Positions 47,824 through 57,832 of a stretch of 64,000 nucleotides of DNA are shown here, piece by piece; positions within the stretch are counted from its first letter, which is position 1, and every line of letters starts with the position of its first letter. A model generated the notes under the pieces. It worked only from the letters and a program-made list of their open reading frames with translations. It did not search any database and had not been told where the DNA came from. The translations under genes and the position numbers were made by a program. This stretch comes from Selenomonadales bacterium (lineage in GTDB: Bacteria > Bacillota > Negativicutes > Selenomonadales > Selenomonadaceae): contig CAAGHH010000001.1 of NCBI GenBank assembly GCA_900769615.1, forward strand, positions 6,061 through 70,060, written 5' to 3'.

Positions 47824-49643
47824 TTATGAATAAGCGAAATATAATTTTTATATGTTTGCTGGTCGTTCTTTTAGGCTGTTTTTTTCAATTTAATCGTTTA
47901 GATGGTCTATTAAAGCTATCGCCAGTACTTAATAATGATTTTAGTAATGATAATGTAGTTACATCACCTGATACTAAGCTGGCACGGGATAAGTATTTAA
48001 TAATCTATGATAAGCTTGATGTTGCTAGCGTTTTAACCAGGCATAATGTTACCGATATGCTGCAACGGCAAAAAAAAGATGTAACTATCGCAACACTTAC
48101 TGAAAACTTGAGTTATGATGACCTGGAAAAGTATAAAGGAATATTTGTCATATCAGGCAAGCTGGCTGAATTATCATCATGGGAGCAATTGACTGCTTAT
48201 GTGGCAGCTGGTGGTACCGTAGCGTTATTGCAGCATCCAGACGAGGGTGCGTTAGAGGATGAATTAAGCACCATTGGGATCAGGTCATTAGATGGAATTG
48301 AGCATGTTTTTGGTTTGCAAATAAATAATGATTTTATCCTAGGCGCCAAAGATTTTAAAATGAATGATGATAGCAATTATAATACGGAAGCATGTCGGGT
48401 TGAGCTTATGCCGGAGGCTGAGGCTGTGGCAGAGTCTAATGATGGCGTACCACTGATATGGACGCTGACAGCAGGTGAGGGCAAATTTATTGTTTACAAT
48501 GGTATGGAACGGGATAGTAAATCCAATATGGGCTTATATGCAGCCATTGCTAGCAATATGGGGGAAGACAGTATTTATCCAGTGCTGGCGAGCAAGGTGA
48601 TGTTTATTGATGATTTTCCAGCCCCGACGCCCGAAGGTAATTTTTCCAAAATATATAATGAATATCATCTGTCAACGGCAGAGTTTTTTCGCAAAATCTG
48701 GTGGCCTTATATGCAGGATAATGCCAAAAAGTATGATTTAAAATATACTGGTCTTATAATTGAAAGCTATGGCAATCAAGTGAGTGGCGATTTTACTGAG
48801 CTTAGCGGCCGCTCGGCTAGAGATAATCTCATAGTTTATGGTCGTGAGCTGTTGGCTATGGGGGGCGAACTTGGTATTCATGGTTATAATCATCAGTCAC
48901 TGGTATTGTCAGCACAAACTCCTGGGGTCTTAGATTATGTTCCTTGGTCAAGTCAAAATGATATGGTAAAGGCGCTGACAGAGCTTAAGCGTTATGTAAC
49001 GGCGGTTTATCCTGATTATGATTTTCGGGTGTATGTGCCACCATCTAATATTATGAGCAAGGAAGGGCGGGACGCTGTAAAAAAAGCGTTCTCGAGTATA
49101 AAAATATTTGCTTCCTTGTATGATGGACAAAAAGAGCCATTTGTTTATTATCAAAATTTTGAACGCTGTGAAGATGGAACCTTTAATATTCCGCGAGTTA
49201 CTGCTGGTTATATTCCTTCAGACAGTATGAAATGGGATGCCATAAGTGCCATTAATGATATGGGAATTATGACGCATTTTGTGCATCCGGATGAGCTTTT
49301 TTATGAAGAAAGCGAAAATTATAATTGGCAGCAAATGGCAGATTCCATGCATAATTTTTTGGAATTTTTTACTAATCGTTATGGCTGGCTGCAAGCCGAA
49401 ACCGCTAGCGAAGCGATGGAAGCTTTGAATGATTATACCGAGATGGATTATCGGGTGGCTAGATTTAACGATCGGTTGGAAATTTATAGCTGGAATTATA
49501 GTGCTCCCTTGCATTTTATAATCCGCAGTCACAAGGTGCCAGCTAAAACTGCTGGTTGTGAGGTTAAAGTTATTGATGATAATGCTTATATGGTGACTGT
49601 TAGTGAGCAAAAGGCCGTCATCAAATGGGAGGAGGAAAAATAA
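47808..49643 (+). CDS. DUF2194-like protein; candidate polysaccharide deacetylase/hydrolase (PelA-like role)
   Basis: 611 aa with an N-terminal signal anchor and a pel-cluster position. Confidence 0.45.
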   Translation: MGPRIIMNKRNIIFICLLVVLLGCFFQFNRLDGLLKLSPVLNNDFSNDNVVTSPDTKLARDKYLIIYDKLDVASVLTRHNVTDMLQRQKKDVTIATLTENLSYDDLEKYKGIFVISGKLAELSSWEQLTAYVAAGGTVALLQHPDEGALEDELSTIGIRSLDGIEHVFGLQINNDFILGAKDFKMNDDSNYNTEACRVELMPEAEAVAESNDGVPLIWTLTAGEGKFIVYNGMERDSKSNMGLYAAIASNMGEDSIYPVLASKVMFIDDFPAPTPEGNFSKIYNEYHLSTAEFFRKIWWPYMQDNAKKYDLKYTGLIIESYGNQVSGDFTELSGRSARDNLIVYGRELLAMGGELGIHGYNHQSLVLSAQTPGVLDYVPWSSQNDMVKALTELKRYVTAVYPDYDFRVYVPPSNIMSKEGRDAVKKAFSSIKIFASLYDGQKEPFVYYQNFERCEDGTFNIPRVTAGYIPSDSMKWDAISAINDMGIMTHFVHPDELFYEESENYNWQQMADSMHNFLEFFTNRYGWLQAETASEAMEALNDYTEMDYRVARFNDRLEIYSWNYSAPLHFIIRSHKVPAKTAGCEVKVIDDNAYMVTVSEQKAVIKWEEEK

Positions 49644-51073
49644 TGCGGATCTGTTTACTCACCGAAGGTTCGTATCCTTATGTTGTTGGCGGTGTTTCCT
49701 CCTGGACGCAAATGCTTATAAAAGGTCTTCCCGAGTATGAATTTGTGGTTTATTCTATTGGTGCCGAGGAGAAAGACCGCGGTAAATATAAATACAAGCT
49801 GCCGGATAATCTGGTGAACATACAGGAAGAATTTCTTGATGATATACTAAATCTGAAATCCCAAGGGATGAAAGATAATATTCTGTCAGCCGAAGCTAAA
49901 GAAACGTTATATGATTTAGTAACTGGTGAAAAAGAATTAAACGTAAAGAAACTGGCTAAAATTTTTCATAAACCAAAGCAGGATCGATGGGCGGCGCTGG
50001 ATATTTTTATGAGCAGTGATTTTTTTGATATAATCCAGCAGGTATATGAGGAAAAATATAGTTATTTGCCCTTTACCGATTTTTTTTGGACGCTTCGTTC
50101 AATGCTATTGCCGTTATTTTATTTATTACAGCGTCCGCTGCCGCAGGCTGATGTTTATCATAGTGTAGCTACTGGTTATTGTGGTGTTATCGGTGCGATG
50201 GCGGCGGAGGTTTATCATAAACCGTTTTTAATAACGGAGCATGGTATTTATTCTAGGGAACGGGAAGTTGAAATAATAAAAAGTGATTGGGCTAAAGGCG
50301 ATTTTAAATCAGTATGGATTAAATATTTTTACAATCTAGCTAAATTGTCGTATGCAACAGCCAAAAATGTTTATACTTTATTTGAACATAATGCCGAAAT
50401 TGAGCAGGATTTAGGCTGCGATCCGAGCAAGATAAGTATTATTCCTAATGGTATCCACATGGAACGGTTCGCTGATATTGGTGAATTAAAGCCTGATCAT
50501 AATGGTTTTAACATCGGTGCGGTGGTAAGAGTAGTGCCAATAAAGGACATTATTACGCTATTGCGGGCATTTTTCCTTGTCAAGCAGGAGCTGCCGCAGG
50601 CTAAGCTCTATATAATGGGCGGGCTGGATGAAGATCCGGAATATTATCAGCTATGCCAGCAGACTATAGAAATGCTGACGATTAAGGATGTAACATTTAC
50701 TGGTTCCGTAAATGTTGTTGAATATATACCCAAGATGGATTTACTGATGTTATCAAGCATTAGTGAGGGTCAGCCATTGGCCGTGCTTGAAGGACAAGCT
50801 GCCAGGCGTCCCTTTATTACTACTAACGTTGGCTGTTGCCGGGAACTTATTTATGGTGACAGTAATGATGATTTGGGAGAAGCTGGTATCGTAGTAGCGC
50901 CAATGGATTTTGAAGGCATGGCGCAGGCGATGATAAAATTAGGTCAAAATTTTGAGCTGCGGCGCCAAATGGGGAATATCGGCTATGAGCGAGTTAAACG
51001 CAGTTATACCTATGAACAATTTATTGAAGCTTATCGCCGAATCTATAATGCAGCAAAGGAGGCATTAGGCTGA
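49643..51073 (+). CDS. PelF-like GT4 glycosyltransferase
   Basis: N-terminus MRICLLTEGSYPYVVGGVSSW (DUF3492/PelF-like) and a GT4 EX7E region (EGQPLAVLEGQAARRP). A TAATG overlap joins it to the upstream gene. Confidence 0.8.
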   Translation: MRICLLTEGSYPYVVGGVSSWTQMLIKGLPEYEFVVYSIGAEEKDRGKYKYKLPDNLVNIQEEFLDDILNLKSQGMKDNILSAEAKETLYDLVTGEKELNVKKLAKIFHKPKQDRWAALDIFMSSDFFDIIQQVYEEKYSYLPFTDFFWTLRSMLLPLFYLLQRPLPQADVYHSVATGYCGVIGAMAAEVYHKPFLITEHGIYSREREVEIIKSDWAKGDFKSVWIKYFYNLAKLSYATAKNVYTLFEHNAEIEQDLGCDPSKISIIPNGIHMERFADIGELKPDHNGFNIGAVVRVVPIKDIITLLRAFFLVKQELPQAKLYIMGGLDEDPEYYQLCQQTIEMLTIKDVTFTGSVNVVEYIPKMDLLMLSSISEGQPLAVLEGQAARRPFITTNVGCCRELIYGDSNDDLGEAGIVVAPMDFEGMAQAMIKLGQNFELRRQMGNIGYERVKRSYTYEQFIEAYRRIYNAAKEALG

Positions 51074-52551
51074 TGGCAGGGGTTGGCTTTGAACTAAAAA
51101 AACTGTTTACGGCTCGCACCGCAGCTGGTCATATCAAGGCTTATTCGTATTCAGCTATAATTACGGCCGGACCGTTTGCATTGATGACAAGTATGGTGCT
51201 AGGGATTCAGCTATGGTATAGTTATTTACAGCTGCCAAGTGCAATAACGCAAATATTTACGGCTACTGTGGTATATGCATTTGTATTTTCGCAAATCCTT
51301 ACTAGTGGTTTTACAATGGTAATTACCAGATATGTAGCTGATTCATTGGCCATCGGGCGTTATCAGGATATGATGGCCTCATTATTTGGTATAAGTGCTG
51401 TTTTTACGGTTATTGGCAGTATTACCGCTGGTATTTTTTTCTATGATAAACCACTTCCGTTAACTACTAAGATTTTAGCTTATTTGTTTTTAATACAATT
51501 AATGCTTACTTGGGCACAAAGCGTATATTTATCAGCTATTAAGCGTTATGAGCGGCTTCTGTTTAGTTATGCCGCAGGCGTTGTTACCAGTATCGGTTTA
51601 GCAGGATTTTTTTTAGCGTATACGGCTATTTCTCCCGAACAGGCGGGACTGCTGGCAATTGATATCGGTATGGCAATTATAGTATTGCTGTTTTTTCTCA
51701 ATATCGTGGCTTATTATGGTATGGGAAAAACGGGAATGAATTTTGCTTTTTTAGTTTATTTTGAAAGGCATTGGCGACTGTTTTTTATTTCAGCTAGTTA
51801 CACGCTAGGTCTGTTTTTGCCCAATATTTTGATTTGGCTTGGACCTTGGGGGGTAACTGTAGCTGATACTTTTCGTTATGCGCCAGTGTATGATGTTTTG
51901 ACATTTTATGCTTTTTTATCAATTTTGCCATTGATGATGTTATTTGTGGTATCGGTTGAAACTAATTTTTATGAGCGTTATGCAGTTTATTTTTCCTATA
52001 TAACCGGTAAAGGCAGCTTTCGTGCCATTGATGATGCCCGCAAGGATTTGTTGCATACGCTGTGGTTTGAGCTGAGGCATATAGTTGAATTTCAGCTGGT
52101 GTTTACTTTGATAGCTTTAGCTTTAGGCAATTACGCATTGTCCTGGTCAGGGATAACTTACGACCAGGTAAATATGTATAACATATTATTGCTGGCAGCC
52201 TTCTTTACGGGATTGTTGCAATTAATTTATATTTTGCTGATTTATTTTGATTGTCAAAAGGAAGTATTAAAAATTTCATTAATATATTTTGGTGGCAATC
52301 TGGTTTTGGGATTTATAGGGTTAAAGTATGTCGGTCCAGCTAGTTATGGCTTTACTTTTTTTATCGTAGCAGCGATAAGTTTTTTGACCGGTTTTGTTAA
52401 GTTAAGCAACTTTGGCAAACGGATAAACTATTATGTTTTTTGTTCACAGCCGGTATTTTATAATCCTGTCCAAGGTTTTTTGACGCGATTAGTAAAAAAA
52501 ATATATAAGGATCGTTATGTTGACCTGGAACAGGCAAGAGGTGATAAATAA
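51073..52551 (+). CDS. PelG-like polytopic membrane protein (MATE-like exopolysaccharide transporter)
   Basis: N-terminus MAGVGFELKKLF..AYSYSAIITAGPF is typical of PelG. It has about 12 TM segments. Confidence 0.75.
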   Translation: MAGVGFELKKLFTARTAAGHIKAYSYSAIITAGPFALMTSMVLGIQLWYSYLQLPSAITQIFTATVVYAFVFSQILTSGFTMVITRYVADSLAIGRYQDMMASLFGISAVFTVIGSITAGIFFYDKPLPLTTKILAYLFLIQLMLTWAQSVYLSAIKRYERLLFSYAAGVVTSIGLAGFFLAYTAISPEQAGLLAIDIGMAIIVLLFFLNIVAYYGMGKTGMNFAFLVYFERHWRLFFISASYTLGLFLPNILIWLGPWGVTVADTFRYAPVYDVLTFYAFLSILPLMMLFVVSVETNFYERYAVYFSYITGKGSFRAIDDARKDLLHTLWFELRHIVEFQLVFTLIALALGNYALSWSGITYDQVNMYNILLLAAFFTGLLQLIYILLIYFDCQKEVLKISLIYFGGNLVLGFIGLKYVGPASYGFTFFIVAAISFLTGFVKLSNFGKRINYYVFCSQPVFYNPVQGFLTRLVKKIYKDRYVDLEQARGDK

Positions 52552-54668
52552 TGAGGATGAGTCGCAGCCGGCGGCAAAAATTAATACAAAAAAAAGAGCG
52601 CTGGAAATCATTGGTGAAGCTCTCAATTGGCAGTGTGATTTTGCTAAGAGCAACGAATGTGGCGGCTTCATCGTTTAATACTTTTTACGAAGTAAGTGAT
52701 AGTATTGCTGTTATGGTAAATGAGCGGGATAAGATAAGTAATTATCAGGCGCTGCAAGCTGAGGTAAAAGCTGCTAAAAGTGAATTACAGCAAGCTGAGG
52801 CAAATCTTATAGCCGCCAGGCAGGATAAGAGCACCGCGGATAAATATTTAGCTGAGGCTAAGGTAAATATTATAGCTGCGCAAAAACATTTAGCTGAGGT
52901 AACTGGTCAATTAGAAACAGCGAAAATAGAAAGTGCTGAAAGAACGCAGGAAGCTATAGCAAGTCAGCAGGCGGTAGCTGATTTTTGGCCACAGATTTAT
53001 GCGAAAGAAAGTGAAATTGCAGAAGCCAGGCAGGAAGAAGCTGCGGTTAATGCTGATTATGCTAGCTTAGTATCAGCTAATAAAGCGCAGCAGGAAGATT
53101 TGGCAAGGCGGATTGAAGAAGCTTGGCAAAGTGTCGATTATAGGAATAACTGTTTGCACGATGTGCAAGCGATGATTGCGGATTTTAAAGCGCAGCAAGC
53201 AGCAAGTGAAGGGGATTTTTATGCTAATCAGGAAAGTTATAATGAACGTTTGCAGGCGATAGCAGACAATATTGATACGCAGGAAAGTGAATTAGACGAT
53301 TTAAATGAGCAGCTTAGTTACTTGGAAGAAGCTAGAGAAGAAGCAGAAAATGCAGAAGCTGATGCTAGGGAATTAGTGCGGGATTTGACTAATGAACTGA
53401 CGGAAGCGAAAAACGATACCAATGAAGCACAAGCTGATGTGGCGCAATCGCAAGCTGAAGCTGATGAAGCAGCAAACAATTTGCGGATAGCAGCTGATGA
53501 CGTAAATAGCAGCAGCGATTATCTAAATAGCTCGGAAAAGGCTTTGGCTGATTTTGGCAACGGTTACGGTTATGCAAGCGGGCTGGAATATTATAATTGG
53601 CGTGACAGCAGCGGCCGTCATGGTCATCAGCTATATAGACCGTTGCAGGCTTATATGAGTGAAAAAAAGTGGGAAGCCGCTATAGAAACTGGCTGGGTAC
53701 AGTCCGCTAGCGGCTATGCTGGGGGTAGTTTTAGTGGTCTTACTAATACGGCACTTAGCGTTACTTATAAAAATGATCATAAAAAAAATACCGTGCATTA
53801 TTCCTTGAGTTTCAATTTACCAACTGGTAAGGACAATGTACGGCAGAGTGCGATGCTGACTGATGAATTGGCACGCTTTACTAGCTTTAGTGAGGGCTTT
53901 AATTATGCACCAGCAGTAACTGTAACGCATTACTTTACCGAAAGGGACAGTCTAAGTGGAAAAATTTCGTATCAGATACGAGGAAATTATCATTATTTAG
54001 CTGATATGAATAATGATAAAGTGCAGATAGGCGAATATTCAAGGGCTGAGTTAAAAGAAGACATAAATCCAGGAGCTGTATTCAGGCAGGATTTGCGGTT
54101 AGCTCATATCGGTGACGAAAGGCAGACAGCGGTGGAACTTACCCATATAAACGCTAGTCATAGTATAGCTAGTTCGTATATCACTGGTATTTGGGATGAA
54201 ACAGGCAACAGGATGTCTAGCCTTTATCTTGGCGGAGCAGGTGTTGGTGAGCACTATGCTAGCTCACGCAATTATGATGCTGAGAGCTGGTGGCTAAAAA
54301 TATTTAATAGGCGGGAATTTTTCAAAGATAATGCTTATTTAACTTATAGTGCGCTTAATTATGACAGTGGTCAGGTAAATTCAGCGCATAGATACTATTT
54401 TGGTACAGGATTATCCAGAAATTTTGACAAAAAACAAGCAGCCTATTTTATTTATAATTATCGACGGACCTTTGGTGATAGTTATGATTGGCAAAGCGGA
54501 CAGCGGACGGGGGATAGTCATCGGCAATCCTTGCTATTAGGCTATAATTATTGTTTGTCAGATAACAATAGTTTAAATTTGAAATTAGAACGCTACATTA
54601 TAAATGAAAAAAACGCGCCTAAGCATAATGGTGTCAATGTAAGTTTGATGTTTAACCGCTCATTTTAA
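52551..54668 (+). CDS. Secreted coiled-coil protein with a C-terminal beta-barrel-like domain; candidate outer-membrane export component
   Basis: Signal-like N-terminus, a ~260-aa A/E/Q-rich coiled coil, then ~370 aa rich in alternating amphipathic strands ending ..VNVSLMFNRSF (C-terminal Phe). Confidence 0.5.
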   Translation: MRMSRSRRQKLIQKKERWKSLVKLSIGSVILLRATNVAASSFNTFYEVSDSIAVMVNERDKISNYQALQAEVKAAKSELQQAEANLIAARQDKSTADKYLAEAKVNIIAAQKHLAEVTGQLETAKIESAERTQEAIASQQAVADFWPQIYAKESEIAEARQEEAAVNADYASLVSANKAQQEDLARRIEEAWQSVDYRNNCLHDVQAMIADFKAQQAASEGDFYANQESYNERLQAIADNIDTQESELDDLNEQLSYLEEAREEAENAEADARELVRDLTNELTEAKNDTNEAQADVAQSQAEADEAANNLRIAADDVNSSSDYLNSSEKALADFGNGYGYASGLEYYNWRDSSGRHGHQLYRPLQAYMSEKKWEAAIETGWVQSASGYAGGSFSGLTNTALSVTYKNDHKKNTVHYSLSFNLPTGKDNVRQSAMLTDELARFTSFSEGFNYAPAVTVTHYFTERDSLSGKISYQIRGNYHYLADMNNDKVQIGEYSRAELKEDINPGAVFRQDLRLAHIGDERQTAVELTHINASHSIASSYITGIWDETGNRMSSLYLGGAGVGEHYASSRNYDAESWWLKIFNRREFFKDNAYLTYSALNYDSGQVNSAHRYYFGTGLSRNFDKKQAAYFIYNYRRTFGDSYDWQSGQRTGDSHRQSLLLGYNYCLSDNNSLNLKLERYIINEKNAPKHNGVNVSLMFNRSF

Positions 54669-54678
54669 GGGAGTTTCG

Positions 54679-55653
54679 ATGAAAAAAATTGCTTTATTAT
54701 TAGCTATATTAGTCTTAGCTGGTTCGCTTTGGAATCTAAGAATTGCCGGTATGAAGGAGGCACCAATAGATTATAAAAGCGAAATGGTGCAGCTTATTAG
54801 CAATCTTAGAGCGTATTCTAAGTCTAAAAAACAGGATTTTTTGTTATTGGGCAATGGTGGCGTGAATATATATTATGCTGCTGATGCAGCGGATAAGGAA
54901 AGTGTTGCTGCTATGCTAAGTAATGTTGATGGTATCATGACAGAATCACTGTTTTATGGCTGGGATATGGAAGAAAATAAGCCAACTCCCAAGGAGGAAA
55001 GTGCTTGGACTTTGCAAGCGCTTTCGGCACCTCGGGAAGCCTTGCTGCCTATTTTTAATATAGATTATTGTAATTCCAAGGCTGTTATTGCTAAGGCTGG
55101 CAAAAAAAATCAACAACAGGAAATAACAGCTTTTATGGCAGCTGATTATAGTTTGACGACTATCCCCGATACGGCTATAGTGCACGAAAATTTACAGCCG
55201 GTAAATGATTTAAAAGCGGTAAAAAATTTTTTGATATTGCTGAACCCGGAAAAATTTCCCGATAAGGAAAGTTACTTAAAAGCTTTGCAGCAAAATAATT
55301 ATGATTTGCTTATCATTGACAGTGAATATGATGGTAAGGTACTAGAGCCGGCTGATGTAGCTGGTTTGCAGCAAAAGGCTGATGGCAGCCGCCGCTTAGT
55401 AATAGCTTACCTGAGTATCGGCGAGGCAGAAATATATCGATCGTATTGGCAAGCGTCCTGGAATGAAAAAAAGCCGGCTTGGATAGCAGAAGCTAATAGT
55501 GATTGGTCCGATAACTATAAAGTAAAATACTGGACCCAAGAGTGGCAGGATATTTTATATGGCAAGCGTGATAGCTGCTTAGATAAAATTATCACCGCTG
55601 GCTTTGATGGAGCTTTTCTCGATGTAATTGATGCTTTTGAATATTATCAATAA
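54679..55653 (+). CDS. GH114-like glycoside hydrolase (endo-alpha-1,4-polygalactosaminidase-like), secreted
   Basis: Signal peptide MKKIALLLAILVLAGS, a TIM-barrel-like pattern and a GFDGAFLDVIDAFEYY block. Confidence 0.55.
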   Translation: MKKIALLLAILVLAGSLWNLRIAGMKEAPIDYKSEMVQLISNLRAYSKSKKQDFLLLGNGGVNIYYAADAADKESVAAMLSNVDGIMTESLFYGWDMEENKPTPKEESAWTLQALSAPREALLPIFNIDYCNSKAVIAKAGKKNQQQEITAFMAADYSLTTIPDTAIVHENLQPVNDLKAVKNFLILLNPEKFPDKESYLKALQQNNYDLLIIDSEYDGKVLEPADVAGLQQKADGSRRLVIAYLSIGEAEIYRSYWQASWNEKKPAWIAEANSDWSDNYKVKYWTQEWQDILYGKRDSCLDKIITAGFDGAFLDVIDAFEYYQ

Positions 55654-55660
55654 GCGTTGG

Positions 55661-56821
55661 TTATTTTTTTTGATATGGCGTCATAATGGCAAGTACAGCT
55701 GCTATTAGTAAAGGAATTGAAGTTAATAATAGCGAGAGCGATAGACCAATATGATCGGCAAAAGCTGCTGTCAGGGCGGTGCCAATACTGCCAAGACCAA
55801 AAGACAGACCCATCATCATGCCAGATGCCATAGCAACATTGCTGGGCATCATTTGCTGAGCCCATACCAGACTGCTGGGCTGTGGTGCTAAAATAAAAGC
55901 GCCGGAAAGGAACAAAGCAATGAGTGCAAGCGGTTCGGTACCAGCATGGGTAAAGAAATAATAGGTAGGGAAAAATGCTAAAAATAGTGATATGGTGATG
56001 ATTTTTTTGTGGGAATAGTTGTCACCTAGCCGGCCGCCGATGAGACCGCCGATAGTACAGCCAACTAAAAATATTGTCAGCAGCACACCTGAGGTGAATT
56101 TAGCGTAACCAGCATTGATTAATAGCAGTGGTAAAAAAGTTACTACTGACACATGAGTCCAGCAGCGAAGTCCCATCGAAATATTGATTTTTAAAACCGA
56201 GCTGTCAGTTAATAGTTTAGTTAATTTAGCAGGTTTAGCTGCTGTGGCAGATTGTTTTTTGATAGTAGAAATTTTATTAAGACCGCTTTTGGCAAAAAGG
56301 GCGGTTAAAATAAGGCTGGGAATTATCAGCCAAGGGAGAGCTGTTAGCGGAAAAGCGTCGGTAAAAGTAACTAACACCATTGGCGCTGCTGCGTAGCCAA
56401 AGTTTCCGCCCGCGATATAATAGGATATGGCACTGCCTTGATGCTGTTCATCAGTATTTTTGGCTACCAGGGTAGAGCCTAAGGGATGAAAAGCGGAAAC
56501 AGACAGACCAGTAAGGGCTATGACAATAAAAAGCATGAATTTGGTATCGACAAAGCCAATAGCACAAATACAGCAGGCACCAAAAGGAATGACCGGTAAA
56601 AGTATTTTGCTAAAATTATATTTATCCATAAAATAACCGAACACAGGTTGTAGCATATTGCTTGATATTGACATTACCATAACTAAAAGTCCGCTAAGGG
56701 TTAGTGAAAGACCTAAGCGAGGCATGATGATAGGCAGGAGTATTGGTAAAAAATTACAATAAAAATCATTAAGCAGATGACCGGAACTTAAAAGTCCAGC
56801 CGCAAAGCGAATCGGTTTCAT
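55661..56821 (-). CDS. MFS transporter
   Basis: Has 12 TM segments. The start is ATG 56821 after AGGAGG, where the track gives 56896. Confidence 0.75.
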   Translation of the reverse strand: MKPIRFAAGLLSSGHLLNDFYCNFLPILLPIIMPRLGLSLTLSGLLVMVMSISSNMLQPVFGYFMDKYNFSKILLPVIPFGACCICAIGFVDTKFMLFIVIALTGLSVSAFHPLGSTLVAKNTDEQHQGSAISYYIAGGNFGYAAAPMVLVTFTDAFPLTALPWLIIPSLILTALFAKSGLNKISTIKKQSATAAKPAKLTKLLTDSSVLKINISMGLRCWTHVSVVTFLPLLLINAGYAKFTSGVLLTIFLVGCTIGGLIGGRLGDNYSHKKIITISLFLAFFPTYYFFTHAGTEPLALIALFLSGAFILAPQPSSLVWAQQMMPSNVAMASGMMMGLSFGLGSIGTALTAAFADHIGLSLSLLLTSIPLLIAAVLAIMTPYQKK

Positions 56822-56914
56822 TAAATAATACCTCCTGAATAAATATGTATGATATAATTTTCTATTATATATGATAATGATGTATTTATAAACCACGGGA
56901 TTGAGGAATTTGGC

Positions 56915-57832
56915 TTGTTAAAAGAAATATTTAAACGTTTATTGCATTTAATGCCAATTTTTTTAGGTATTACGTTAGTAGTATTTTTATTAATGCATGT
57001 AGGAAATATGGATGCGGTTGATGCGCTATATGATAAAAATGGTGCTGTCAGCGCAAGTGTCAAAGCGGCTGGACGGGCGGAATTGGGATTAGATAAACCG
57101 CTTATTTACCAATATGGTGATTGGTTATTAAAAATAATGCAAGGCGATATGGGAACTTCATATATAAATGGCGGCGCCGTAATGTCGTTAATGCTAACTA
57201 AACTGCCAGCCACTATTGAACTTATGCTATTATCATTAGTGCTGACATTTATAGTGGCGATACCTGGTGGCGTAGTGGCAGCTTTATATAAAGACAGCTG
57301 GTTTGATTATACCTTGCGGCTGCTTAGCTTTATAGGTAATTCCTTGCCCAATTTTCTAGCAGGGCTGCTGTTACTATATATTTTTTCTTGGCAATTAAAA
57401 ATTTTTCCCATAATAGCTGGTGATCATTGGGATGGCATAGTATTGCCGGCACTTACGCTGACCATAGCTATGAGTTCGAGATATACAAGGCAGGTAAGAA
57501 CACTAGTATTAGAAGAACTATCGAAACCTTATGTGTTAGGGCTTAAATCGCGTGGCATAGGTGATTTTTATATCATAAAGAACAGTGTATGGCCAGGAGT
57601 GCTGCCACCATTAATAAATTTAGCTGCGATGTCAGCTGGTTCACTTTTAGGCGGCGCCGTGATTGTTGAAACGATTTTTGCTTGGGACGGCATTGGCAAA
57701 TTTGCCTTAGAAGCTATTATGAATCGGGATTTGCCAGTGGTGCAGGCTTATGTTTTGTGGCTGGCGTTTATTTATGTATGGCTTAATTTAGCTGCTGATA
57801 TATATTGTAATTATCGAGGGAAAAACAGATGA
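56915..57832 (+). CDS. ABC transporter permease (DppB/NikB-type)
   Basis: N-terminus KRLLHLMPIFLGITLVVF and an EAA-like region. It starts with TTG. Confidence 0.8.
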   Translation: MLKEIFKRLLHLMPIFLGITLVVFLLMHVGNMDAVDALYDKNGAVSASVKAAGRAELGLDKPLIYQYGDWLLKIMQGDMGTSYINGGAVMSLMLTKLPATIELMLLSLVLTFIVAIPGGVVAALYKDSWFDYTLRLLSFIGNSLPNFLAGLLLLYIFSWQLKIFPIIAGDHWDGIVLPALTLTIAMSSRYTRQVRTLVLEELSKPYVLGLKSRGIGDFYIIKNSVWPGVLPPLINLAAMSAGSLLGGAVIVETIFAWDGIGKFALEAIMNRDLPVVQAYVLWLAFIYVWLNLAADIYCNYRGKNR

